In this document: positions 55,791 to 64,000 of the stretch, in pieces
How the letters are laid out: each line of letters starts with the position of its first letter
Numbering within the stretch: the stretch's first letter is position 1
Source of the DNA: Bacteroidota bacterium
GTDB taxonomy: Bacteria > Bacteroidota > Bacteroidia > JAKFFM01
Direction: 5' to 3'
Length of the DNA: 64,000 bases
NCBI GenBank assembly: GCA_036675075.1
Contig: JAKFFM010000038.1
Coordinates: 25,024 to 89,023 of the forward strand
Program-made: the position numbers and the translations under genes
Notes under the pieces: generated by a model
Told to the model about the DNA's origin: nothing
The model's database searches: none
The model's input: the letters and a program-made list of their open reading frames with translations, nothing else

Positions 55791-57299
55791 TTAGACTTCA
55801 GTTAATTGAAGGGAATATAGCGTTGAATACTTCTTGCGGGCATAATCCATAAAGTACCTGAAATTCAGCTTTTCTCCTGTGATCTTTTCGCAAAGCTCCG
55901 TTGCACTGTAAAACCTGCCATGCTGATGAACCTTTTCACGAAGCCACAATAACAGCTGGGATGTGTCACCCTCAGCAATCTGCGCTCCGAGTCCAGGTAT
56001 TTCCTTTTCTGCAGCTGCGAAGAATTGTGCAGCATAGAAGCTTCCCAGTGAATACGTAGGAAAGTAACCGAAGCTTCCATGTGACCAGTGAATATCCTGT
56101 AGTACTCCAAGATCATCAGAAGGTACATCAACACCGAGGTATTCCTTGTATTTACTGTTCCATGCAGCAGGAAGGTCTTTTACTTCCAGACTTCCTTCGA
56201 TGAGTGCCTTCTCAATTTCAAATCGTACGAGAATATGGAAATGATAAGTAAGTTCATCGGCGGCCGTTCTGATCAGTGATGGCTTCACGATGTTCATCGC
56301 TTTATAGAATTCTTCAGGTGTTCGCTGACCAAGGTTTTCGGGGAATAACTGCTGTAGCTTTTTAAAATGATGTTTCCAGTAGTTAAGACTTCTTCCAACG
56401 TTATTCTCCCAGAGCCTGGATTGACTTTCATGAATGCCGAGGGAAATAGCTTCTCCACAGGGTAGTCCATATTCTGAAGATGGAAGCCCCTGTTCATATA
56501 ACGCATGTCCTCCTTCGTGAATGCAGCTCCAGATCATTTCATTCAGATCCTTCTCATTTATTCTTGTAGTAACTCTTACATCCTCTGAACTGAAATGTAT
56601 AGTAAAGGGATGTGTGGAGATATCCTGGCGGCCTGCGTCAAAGTCATATCCCATGCTCTTCAATAGATCCATACCGAAGTCCCATTGCCTGTCTTTAGGA
56701 TATGAGAGGTACATGAACTGATCTTCATTCTGCTTCGCTTTTGAGATCTCGCGGACAAATCCTACAAGGTTTTTTCGAACATCTTCAAACAGGATGTCAA
56801 GCTCTCTCGTTGTGCATCCGGGTTCATACTGATCAAGCAGGGCATCATAAGGATGGTCTTTATATCCTAGCAGAGACGCTTCTTTTCTTTTCAGCTCAAC
56901 CAGCTTCTCAAGCTTAGGCTGAAAAATCGAAAAGTCGGATTCCTTCTTTGCCTTCTGCCATGCCTGAAATGCTTCAGAAACTGTCTTTGAAAGAAGCTCT
57001 ACGAATTCACGTGTGTACTTTTTTCTGTCGTTGAAATCTTTAAGTGATTGTCTGACGTTTTTCTGTTCTTTCTCTGTAAGCGTTGCATCTGAAGAAAGAA
57101 CTTTAAGCAAAGCTCCGAGTTCTTCGGATGTGGACATGTCGTGAGAGATGCCTGCAAGTGTTGAAAGCTGTTGTGCCCGGAAATCAGCTCCTTTCGGTGG
57201 CATATAAGTTTCCTGATCCCAGCTTAGTACAGCAGATGAAAAATTTACATCAGCGATCCTTCCTGAAAATTCTTTATACTTCTCGTAGTTTGCGTTCAT
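55791..57299 (-). CDS. M32-family carboxypeptidase (Taq-type)
   Basis: HEGGHALYEQG zinc motif plus IHESQSRLWEN, 502 aa. Confidence 0.9.
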   Translation of the reverse strand: MNANYEKYKEFSGRIADVNFSSAVLSWDQETYMPPKGADFRAQQLSTLAGISHDMSTSEELGALLKVLSSDATLTEKEQKNVRQSLKDFNDRKKYTREFVELLSKTVSEAFQAWQKAKKESDFSIFQPKLEKLVELKRKEASLLGYKDHPYDALLDQYEPGCTTRELDILFEDVRKNLVGFVREISKAKQNEDQFMYLSYPKDRQWDFGMDLLKSMGYDFDAGRQDISTHPFTIHFSSEDVRVTTRINEKDLNEMIWSCIHEGGHALYEQGLPSSEYGLPCGEAISLGIHESQSRLWENNVGRSLNYWKHHFKKLQQLFPENLGQRTPEEFYKAMNIVKPSLIRTAADELTYHFHILVRFEIEKALIEGSLEVKDLPAAWNSKYKEYLGVDVPSDDLGVLQDIHWSHGSFGYFPTYSLGSFYAAQFFAAAEKEIPGLGAQIAEGDTSQLLLWLREKVHQHGRFYSATELCEKITGEKLNFRYFMDYARKKYSTLYSLQLTEV

Positions 57300-57300
57300 A

Positions 57301-57705
57301 TCATAGTTTTTTCAAGGCGGCGATGATCAGCATGATCCATCCGGATATCATCAATAAACCGCCGATTGGAGTAACAGGGCCAAGGAACCTAAGATTGCTA
57401 AGCCCAGTAATGCCTTTTGTGGCAAGAAAGAAAATGGAAAATGAAAAGAGAATGGTACCTGCGATCATCAGGTTTCCCGCATAGTTCAGTTGTGATGAAA
57501 TGATCCTTTCCGAAATGATCGCAAGAAGGATCAGTGCCAGACCATGATACATCTGGTATTTGACACCGGTTTCGAAACTCTGAAGGTTTTCTGGTGTGAT
57601 CAGTCCTTCAGAAACTTTACTTTTTAGCCAATGTGCACCAAGTGCGCCAAGAACCACTGACAACAGGCAGAACGCTGCACCTATTGATAGAAATAGCTTG
57701 TTCAC
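57301..57705 (-). CDS. DUF423-domain membrane protein
   Basis: GTG start, LGALGAHWLK motif and four TM helices. Confidence 0.75.
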   Translation of the reverse strand: MNKLFLSIGAAFCLLSVVLGALGAHWLKSKVSEGLITPENLQSFETGVKYQMYHGLALILLAIISERIISSQLNYAGNLMIAGTILFSFSIFFLATKGITGLSNLRFLGPVTPIGGLLMISGWIMLIIAALKKL

Positions 57706-57707
57706 GA

Positions 57708-58643
57708 TTAACGGGTTCCTATGGATCTGTTCAGTTCATCGATGCTTGATTCAAACTCGAAAGCATCGTTGACCTTGTAATAGTTTCCAATGTCATACGT
57801 TTTGCGGTATGCGAACTTTGCAAAGTCAAGCCTGGTTGTTTCATATGTGAACAGCATCATGATCTCTTTTACCTGGCTAGAAAGCAGGCAATTCGCTCCG
57901 CAAACCTGTTTGGCAACCTGAAGCTTTGAGTCTTCAAACGTTTTTGAAGAGATGGAGTTTTTCACACCTTCAAATTCCACAGGATTGATAGGTACAGGAC
58001 ATCCGATTGGTCCGTTGTATCCTGGAAGATAAGATGGCGGAGGCACAGGCGCTGGTGCCGGGCTTGTCTGTGTATGATGTGATGTGGTTGTAGTTTCAGA
58101 ATAAGTAGTTGTCGTTGTTCCCTGCATCATGGTATTGTCTGTTACAGACATATTGATCCCGACACCACCTACGTTCATGCCTACAGAAACATTTCCTGCA
58201 GGAGCTACACCTGATGTTGTTGTCGTAGTAGTGGTTGTCACTGATGTCACAGGCGGCGGAGTCGTAGTATAGGTGACCACTGACTGCTGCGGAGCTGGAA
58301 CAGGAGGAGCATCAGCAATTGGAGCCTGGCTCAGCAGTCGTAATACATATACACCTTTATTGTTTTTCTTGATGTTCAATACGAATTCAGTTCCCGGCTC
58401 AAGAAAAACATTCTTATCAAGATCAGGTATGGTCTTGTCATCGAAGATAACCTTAAGCTTATAGCTTGGCTGGTTTAAGTCTGTTACTTTGACGTTGGTC
58501 TCAGACTTAGAATTTTGTCTGATGCCATTTAACACAACAAAGAAACGTTCACCCTGTTCAGAAAAAAGAACAAGATTTGAATTTTGAGCAATGCTTGCGA
58601 ATGAAGCAAAAACGAAAAAGAGAAGGAGTACACTTGATCTCAT
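57708..58643 (-). CDS. DUF4476-domain secreted protein with Thr/Pro-rich linker
   Basis: Signal peptide, a TTTTTTTS/PAPAPVPPP linker, and a C-terminal FEDSKLQVAKQV..LDFAKFAYRKTYDIGNYYKV motif. Confidence 0.65.
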   Translation of the reverse strand: MRSSVLLLFFVFASFASIAQNSNLVLFSEQGERFFVVLNGIRQNSKSETNVKVTDLNQPSYKLKVIFDDKTIPDLDKNVFLEPGTEFVLNIKKNNKGVYVLRLLSQAPIADAPPVPAPQQSVVTYTTTPPPVTSVTTTTTTTTSGVAPAGNVSVGMNVGGVGINMSVTDNTMMQGTTTTTYSETTTTSHHTQTSPAPAPVPPPSYLPGYNGPIGCPVPINPVEFEGVKNSISSKTFEDSKLQVAKQVCGANCLLSSQVKEIMMLFTYETTRLDFAKFAYRKTYDIGNYYKVNDAFEFESSIDELNRSIGTR

Positions 58644-58744
58644 AAAGCTTGTTTTTTTGGAATGTGGCGCGATTTACAATTTATATGCCAACATAATTCT
58701 ATCAAATTTAATCATATGTTTTAGAGTAAATTCGCACAACGTTT

Positions 58745-60076
58745 ATGGATATGAAAAAAATATTTGTGATAGGTGCAGGGAGATCAGCTTCCTCATTGAT
58801 AAAATACCTTCTTGATCATGCTGAATCGAATGACTGGACGGTAACGATAGGTGATCTTTCAAAAGAACAGATTGAAGAAAAGACCGGGAAGCATCCGCGA
58901 TCTAAAGCCGTTGTTTTTAATATTCATGATGAGGGTGAAAGAGCAACGAATATCAGTGAAGCGGATCTTGTCATCTCGATGCTTCCTGCTTCCATGCACA
59001 TTGAGGTGGCGAAGGATTGTTTAAAATTTGGTAAACATCTTTTTACAGCATCTTATGTGTCTCCTGAAATGAGGGCGCTGGATGAAGAAGTGAAGAAAAA
59101 GGGTTTGTTGTTTCTTAACGAGATCGGCTTAGATCCCGGAATCGATCATATGTCAGCAATGAAGATCATTCATGAACTAAAGGAAAGGGAAATTACTCCT
59201 TCGGCTTTTTATTCATGGTGCGGAGGACTCATTGCGCCGGAATCAAATGACAATCCATGGGGGTACAAGTTCACATGGAATCCCAGGAATGTTGTACTCG
59301 CAGGACAAGGCACGGCGCGTTACATTGAGAATGGAATTTACAAATACATTCCTTACAACAGGATCTTTACAGAGATCAGGCGGGTAGAAGTGGAAGGCCA
59401 TGGAGTATTCGAAGGATATGCAAACAGAGACTCCTTGTCATATCGACCGCTCTATGGGCTTGATACGATCAGGACGATGCTGAGAGGTACACTTAGAAAT
59501 CCGGTGTATTGTGAAGCGTGGGATGCATTGATCGAGGTTGGACTAACGGATGATTCATTCGTGATCGAAGATGCCGATAAGATGACGTATGCTGACCTGT
59601 TGAATTCATTTCTTCCTGGCAAAGGATCTGACTTGAAAGCACGGTTAACAGATCTTCTTGACATCGATCTCAGTTCTCCTGTGATCCCATTGCTTGAGTG
59701 GATCGGAATATTCTCAGAGAAGCCGGTTACATTGAAGAGCGGAACTCCTGCGCAGCTTCTGCAGGCATTGCTGGAAGAAAAGTGGGCACTGAAGCCGGGC
59801 GACAAGGACATGATCGTGATGCAGCATCACTTCGTATATAAAAAAGATAATGTCGAGAAGAATCTGTATTCTTCGCTTGTGGTGAAAGGTGATGACATGG
59901 TATATACAGCTATGGCCAAAACCGTCGGTCTTCCTTTAGCAATCGCAGCACGCCTCATGATGCAGGGAAAGTTGAATGTATCAGGTGTTGTTATTCCGGT
60001 TGTTAAAGAAATTTATGAGCCTGTTCTCGCTGAGCTTGCTTCGAATGGAATAACGTTCACAGATAAAGAAATCTAA
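58745..60076 (+). CDS. saccharopine dehydrogenase family protein (LYS9-like)
   Basis: KIFVIGAGRSASSLIKYLL Rossmann motif and GLDPGIDHM. The start is either 58745 or 58751. Confidence 0.85.
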   Translation: MDMKKIFVIGAGRSASSLIKYLLDHAESNDWTVTIGDLSKEQIEEKTGKHPRSKAVVFNIHDEGERATNISEADLVISMLPASMHIEVAKDCLKFGKHLFTASYVSPEMRALDEEVKKKGLLFLNEIGLDPGIDHMSAMKIIHELKEREITPSAFYSWCGGLIAPESNDNPWGYKFTWNPRNVVLAGQGTARYIENGIYKYIPYNRIFTEIRRVEVEGHGVFEGYANRDSLSYRPLYGLDTIRTMLRGTLRNPVYCEAWDALIEVGLTDDSFVIEDADKMTYADLLNSFLPGKGSDLKARLTDLLDIDLSSPVIPLLEWIGIFSEKPVTLKSGTPAQLLQALLEEKWALKPGDKDMIVMQHHFVYKKDNVEKNLYSSLVVKGDDMVYTAMAKTVGLPLAIAARLMMQGKLNVSGVVIPVVKEIYEPVLAELASNGITFTDKEI

Positions 60077-60789
60077 AAAGCGAGGTAGTAATCTTTGGTA
60101 AGCGCTTTATATTCTTCAGAATAATCATGGCGCTTATCTTTTTCTATTACGATGCTGTTCTCTGAAAACGATCTGGGCTTGAACTCAAATTGCATGAGCC
60201 AGCGTTTTTCTGTTTTCTTGTCTTCAGTGGTTCTTATCCTTGTAAGCTTTGAAAGATAGAACCCTTTAGTTTCAGCAAGATCACGAAACTTTTCTCCTTC
60301 TTTCACGGGCAGGATGACACAGAATTTTCCATTGTCAGCCAGAAGCTTCTTTACAGCGGATACCATATCAGAGAATGGCAAAAGATCAGCATGTCGTGCA
60401 GTCGTTCGTTCAATATCAGATGCCTTTGAACTATCAACAAAATAGGGAGGATTGCTCACGATCAGGTCATACTTGATCCTTGGTATGCTGACGAACTCCT
60501 GTAAAGAGGTATGATGGATGTTAATGCGGTCAGACCATTTGCTTTGCGTTGCATTTTCAATGGCCTGGATATAGGCATTGCGGTCTATTTCAATGGCGTC
60601 AATATAAGCGTCGGATTTCTGCGCCAGCATTAATGCTATGACACCCGTTCCCGTTCCGATATCAAGGATGGATCTGACATCATTGCAAGTTGTCCATGCA
60701 CCAAGAAGAACTGCATCAGTGCCGACCTTCATAGCGCATTTGTCCTGCTTTATGGTAAAATGCTTGAACTCGAATACATCAGCTGGCAT
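60073..60789 (-). CDS. tRNA1(Val) (adenine37-N6)-methyltransferase (YfiC/TrmN6-like)
   Basis: FKHFTIKQDKCAMKVGTDAVLLGAW, DIGTGTGVIALMLAQ and SNPPYF motifs. Confidence 0.85.
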   Translation of the reverse strand: MPADVFEFKHFTIKQDKCAMKVGTDAVLLGAWTTCNDVRSILDIGTGTGVIALMLAQKSDAYIDAIEIDRNAYIQAIENATQSKWSDRINIHHTSLQEFVSIPRIKYDLIVSNPPYFVDSSKASDIERTTARHADLLPFSDMVSAVKKLLADNGKFCVILPVKEGEKFRDLAETKGFYLSKLTRIRTTEDKKTEKRWLMQFEFKPRSFSENSIVIEKDKRHDYSEEYKALTKDYYLAF

Positions 60790-60822
60790 AAAGTGGTACT
60801 GGTCCAGACTAAGGTATGAAAA

Positions 60823-61374
60823 TTAGGCATATGGATCTTCTTCCTCGCTGGAGCCCAGGTAAATATCAATGAGACCTTCCGGGAGGTTCATTTCAATCCT
60901 TTTGTTTTCACGGTCGATCTTGCTGATAAACTCATCCACAACAGGGATCATGATCTCCGTCTTTTCTTTCATCACCTGGAAAATGGCCTGCTTGGCCCGA
61001 TCATAAATGCCTATCACGGTTCCGATGCTTCCTTTTTCGCTGTCAATAACCTCGAAGCCGATGACTTCATGGAAATAAAATTTCTTTCCGGAAAGCTTTG
61101 GTAAAAACGTTAACGGTACATACACTTCTTTGCCGATAAGCTGTTCTGCCATACCAGCGTCAACGTCTTCAGCGAGTATGACTAAAGTTGAAGGAAGCTG
61201 AACTCTTACCGCTTTCACAAAAAATGGAGTCAGGGTACCATGAAGGTCCACCATGAATGACTCCAGCTTTTTATAACGGTCTGCAGAATCAGTGTCTGCC
61301 TGAATCACCAGGCGGCTATCTGTTCCGCTGGTTTTGGAGATGTATCCTAAGGTGTAATAGTCGTTGAGGTCCAT
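60823..61374 (-). CDS. rimM: ribosome maturation factor RimM
   Basis: Position downstream of rpsP, plus RimM N-terminal and PRC-barrel-like sequence (GFEVIDSEKGSIGTV). Confidence 0.85.
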   Translation of the reverse strand: MDLNDYYTLGYISKTSGTDSRLVIQADTDSADRYKKLESFMVDLHGTLTPFFVKAVRVQLPSTLVILAEDVDAGMAEQLIGKEVYVPLTFLPKLSGKKFYFHEVIGFEVIDSEKGSIGTVIGIYDRAKQAIFQVMKEKTEIMIPVVDEFISKIDRENKRIEMNLPEGLIDIYLGSSEEEDPYA

Positions 61375-61431
61375 GTAAAAAAAAAGCAGCTGGTTTTAGC
61401 CAACTGCTTTAAAGGTATAAAAAGGTTGTAC

Positions 61432-61953
61432 TTATGCTTCTGATTCTGTTCCTGGAGTTTCTTCTGCAGGAGCAGCAGTTTCTTCAGCTGCAGGAGCAGA
61501 TTGCTTTTCAGCGATCTTCTTCGCTCTTGCATCACGAACTTCTGATTCAGCAGCAAGTCTCTTTTTGCGGTCTTCGCTGGCAGCACTAGAAAGAGAGGTG
61601 ATCTTCTTCGCGATCTTGCCTTCTTTTTCCTGAAGCCATTTTTCAAATTTTGCATCCGCCATATCCTGTGTAAGTGCACCTTTTCTAACACCTATTGCAA
61701 GGTGATTCTTGAAAAGTACTCCTTTGTAAGAAAGGATTGCACGGCATGTTTCTGTTGGCTGAGCACCATTCTGTAACCAGGTTAGCGCTTTGTCAACATC
61801 CATGTCAATTGTTGCAGGATTTGTAGTTGGGTTGTACGTGCCTATCTTCTCAATAAATTTTCCGTCACGTGGTGCACGACCATCCGCAATTACAATGTGG
61901 AAGAAAGCTTTTCCCTTCTTACCATGTCTTTGTAATCTAATTTTCGCAGGCAT
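61432..61953 (-). CDS. rpsP: 30S ribosomal protein S16 with ~90-aa Lys/Ala/Glu-rich C-terminal extension
   Basis: MPAKIRLQRHGKKGKAFFHIVIADGRAPRDGKFIEKIGTYNP. Confidence 0.93.
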   Translation of the reverse strand: MPAKIRLQRHGKKGKAFFHIVIADGRAPRDGKFIEKIGTYNPTTNPATIDMDVDKALTWLQNGAQPTETCRAILSYKGVLFKNHLAIGVRKGALTQDMADAKFEKWLQEKEGKIAKKITSLSSAASEDRKKRLAAESEVRDARAKKIAEKQSAPAAEETAAPAEETPGTESEA

Positions 61954-62028
61954 TATAAATAAAAATTAAAGTAATATCTTCAGGTATTCTGGAGCAACCT
62001 AAAACAGCTCCCCGATTTTTTGGGAACG

Positions 62029-62036
62029 CAAATATC
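62029..62036 (-). promoter_or_regulatory. -7-like box GATATTTG for rpsP
   Basis: One mismatch to TAnnTTTG on the minus strand. It implies a ~70-nt leader containing the GGAGC/GCTCC hairpin at 61991-62011. Confidence 0.3.
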
Positions 62037-62049
62037 TGAAAATTATTCG

Positions 62050-62082
62050 TTATGAACAAAATCATCTGATCCGTGTTCATAA
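62050..62082. repeat. perfect 9-bp inverted repeat TTATGAACA-N15-TGTTCATAA
   Basis: Read directly in the rpsP/dnaE divergent intergenic region. Confidence 0.9.
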
Positions 62083-62160
62083 AAAACGCTGTTTCTGAGA
62101 TCTTATTTGAGTAAATTTACGATTCAGCGAAAAAGCTGAAAAGCCTTAAAATTTCAGGGA

Positions 62161-64000
62161 ATGCCAGAGTTTTCACACCTGCATGTTCATACGCAGTACA
62201 GTCTTCTTGATGGGGCTGCGCCAATTAAATCCTTACTGAAAAAAGCGGCTGCCGATAATATGAAGGCAGTTGCCATGACCGATCATGGAAACCTCTTTGG
62301 TGCTTTCAAGTTTGTTCATGAAACAGCAGAGATCAACAAGGAAAAAGGCTTAAACATTAAGCCAATTGTAGGTTGTGAGTTTTACCTGGTGGCTGACAGG
62401 CATCAGAAGTCATTCTCAAAAGAAAATAAGGATCAGCGCTTTCACCAGCTTTTCCTGGCAAAAGACCAGGAGGGCTATCAGAATCTTTCAAAGCTTTGCT
62501 CGCTTGGCTTTGTTGAAGGGATGTACAGCAAATGGCCCAGGATCGACAAAGAACTTGTCCTGAAATACCATAAGGGCCTCATTGCAACGAGCTGCTGTAT
62601 CGGTGCGTCGGTTCCTCAGGCAATCCTGTTCAAGGGTGAAGAGGAAGCTGAAAAGGAATTTCAATGGTGGCTGGATGTTTTTGGTGATGATTACTACATC
62701 GAGATCCAGCGTCACGGCCTTGATGATATTGATGGTACGGGCATGAGCCAGGAGGATGTGAACCAGGTCTTGCTGAGATGGTCGAAGAAGTACAATGTAA
62801 AAACCATTGCTACAAACGACTCGCATTATGTCAATGAGGAGGATTTTACGGCACACGACATTCTTTTGTGCATCAATACAGGTGACCTGAAGTCAACTCC
62901 GATCGGTAATGGAAAAGGATACAGATTCGGCTTTCCGAATAACCAGTTCTATTTCAAGACCCAGGCTGAAATGAACCAGCTGTTTGCAGATGTTCCTGAA
63001 GCCATCGACAATACTAACCATATTGTTGACAAGATCACCGCTCCGAAGCTGAAAAGCCAGATCCTGCTTCCGAATTTCCAGCTGCCTCCTGAATTCAAGT
63101 CGCAGGATGATTACCTGGAATTCCTTGCGTTTGAAGGTGCGAAAAGACGTTACAAGATCCTTACACCAGAGATAGAAGACAGGATCCGCTTTGAATTGAA
63201 GGTGATCAGGGACATGGGATTCCCGGGATACTTCCTGATCGTTCAGGATTTCATCGCGGAAGGCCGTAAGCTTGGTGTCTGGGTTGGCCCTGGCAGGGGA
63301 TCGGCTGCCGGTTCAGTAGTTGCGTTCTGTATAGGGATCACCAATATCGATCCGATCAAATATAACCTGCTCTTTGAGCGATTCCTGAATCCTGAGCGTG
63401 TGTCAATGCCCGATATTGATATTGACTTTGATGATGAAGGCCGGGGAAAGGTGATCAATTATGTGATCGACAAATACGGGAAGAACCAGGTTGCACAGAT
63501 CATCACGTATGGTACAATGGCCGCAAAGATGGCTATCCGTGATGTATCCAGGGTGCTTGATCTCCCATTGCCCGAAGCGGACAGGCTTGCGAAGCTGGTG
63601 CCTGATATCTCATTATATAAACTGTTTAATGAAGACCTGAACAAACTTGCTGAAAAGGTAAACAGTGAAGGGATTGAACGGATCAATGAACTGAGAAAGA
63701 TTGCCCAGGGAGATGATCTGCAGGCGGAAACGTTAAGGCAGGCTGCAAGACTTGAAGGATCTGTCCGGAATACCGGTATCCATGCGGCAGGTGTGATCAT
63801 CGCGCCAAAGGACCTGATGGAATGTATTCCGGTGTGTACTGCGAAGGATGCTGACCTGTGGGTGACGCAGTTCGATGGAAAGCATATCGAAGATGCAGGT
63901 ATGCTGAAGATGGACTTTCTTGGTCTCAAGAACCTCACCATCATCCGCGATGCTCTTGGAATGATCAAAGAGAACAAAGGGATCGAAATTGATATTGATG
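62161..64000 (+). CDS. dnaE: DNA polymerase III alpha subunit, N-terminal ~613 aa (continues past window end)
   Basis: Translated by hand. It starts MPEFSHLHVHTQYSLLDGAAPIKSL (PHP domain) and contains GPGRGSAAGSVVAFCIGITNIDP and ERVSMPDIDIDFDDEGR. The frame stays open to base 64000, which is why the gene is absent from the ORF track. Confidence 0.95.
   Translation, partial: MPEFSHLHVHTQYSLLDGAAPIKSLLKKAAADNMKAVAMTDHGNLFGAFKFVHETAEINKEKGLNIKPIVGCEFYLVADRHQKSFSKENKDQRFHQLFLAKDQEGYQNLSKLCSLGFVEGMYSKWPRIDKELVLKYHKGLIATSCCIGASVPQAILFKGEEEAEKEFQWWLDVFGDDYYIEIQRHGLDDIDGTGMSQEDVNQVLLRWSKKYNVKTIATNDSHYVNEEDFTAHDILLCINTGDLKSTPIGNGKGYRFGFPNNQFYFKTQAEMNQLFADVPEAIDNTNHIVDKITAPKLKSQILLPNFQLPPEFKSQDDYLEFLAFEGAKRRYKILTPEIEDRIRFELKVIRDMGFPGYFLIVQDFIAEGRKLGVWVGPGRGSAAGSVVAFCIGITNIDPIKYNLLFERFLNPERVSMPDIDIDFDDEGRGKVINYVIDKYGKNQVAQIITYGTMAAKMAIRDVSRVLDLPLPEADRLAKLVPDISLYKLFNEDLNKLAEKVNSEGIERINELRKIAQGDDLQAETLRQAARLEGSVRNTGIHAAGVIIAPKDLMECIPVCTAKDADLWVTQFDGKHIEDAGMLKMDFLGLKNLTIIRDALGMIKENKGIEIDID

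Noticed and set aside
61347-61691. 114-aa minus-strand ORF overlapping the rpsP 3' half and the rimM start.
   Set aside because: It is an out-of-frame reading of the Lys/Ala/Glu-rich S16 tail and has no independent signals.
62050-62082. Inverted repeat upstream of dnaE as a LexA/SOS box.
   Set aside because: The GAACA and TGTTC half-sites are separated by 17 nt, far from the GAAC-N4-GTTC spacing of known boxes. I do not know a Bacteroidota LexA motif that fits.
1-64000. Looked for mobile elements, prophage, restriction-modification, toxin-antitoxin or a classical defence island.
   Set aside because: No integrase, transposase, phage structural, methylase/endonuclease or TA-like gene pairs were recognised, and no flanking direct repeats or tRNA attachment sites were seen.

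Overview
This is a gene-dense chromosomal segment with about 60 CDS on both strands, and it looks like Bacteroidota. The evidence for that is three T9SS C-terminal sorting domains, TAnnTTTG-type -7 promoter boxes, almost no Shine-Dalgarno sequences, a fused E1 alpha/beta dehydrogenase and a long S16. I saw no rRNA, tRNA, CRISPR array, transposase, integrase or prophage genes. All product calls come from motifs read by eye in the supplied translations, not from HMM or BLAST searches. The window divides into four parts. (1) Bases 3-1999 hold the 3' part of carB plus a DUF4834-like ORF. (2) Bases 2070-23690 form a surface-glycan locus: YfhO-like protein, glycosyltransferases, a Wzx-like flippase, and an eight-gene translationally coupled sugar-nucleotide operon at 6776-14721 containing a GmhA-like isomerase and a domain-swapped HldE-like enzyme. 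Three T9SS cargo genes are interleaved with it. (3) Bases 23698-45287 are a mixed envelope and accessory stretch: M23/LysM peptidase, PA0069-type radical SAM, a 1282-aa metallophosphoesterase-Omp85 fusion, MurQ, an E1 dehydrogenase, a PadR-PspC module, TerC and UbiA. (4) Bases 45441-64000 are housekeeping genes: trmH-like, ettA, hisS, hutH, yebC-like, rsmE, pckA, an M32 carboxypeptidase, rimM, rpsP, and dnaE running off the 3' end (absent from the ORF track because it has no stop in the window). The best candidate for an undescribed system is at 32453-34736. A minimal class-III-cyclase-like protein (DUF2652-like) converges on, and overlaps by 30 bp, an HD-phosphohydrolase fused to a PycTM/DUF5706-like membrane domain, and it is divergent from a Nudix-led operon. 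This could be a cyclic-nucleotide synthase, effector or phosphodiesterase, and hydrolase module. Other notable observations are a 32-nt AAASTTT-heptad element present twice in inverted orientation (2024-2055 and 48093-48124), near-leaderless gene starts 4-12 nt after -7 boxes, a PadR operator-like palindrome, and convergent genes that share overlapping stop codons.
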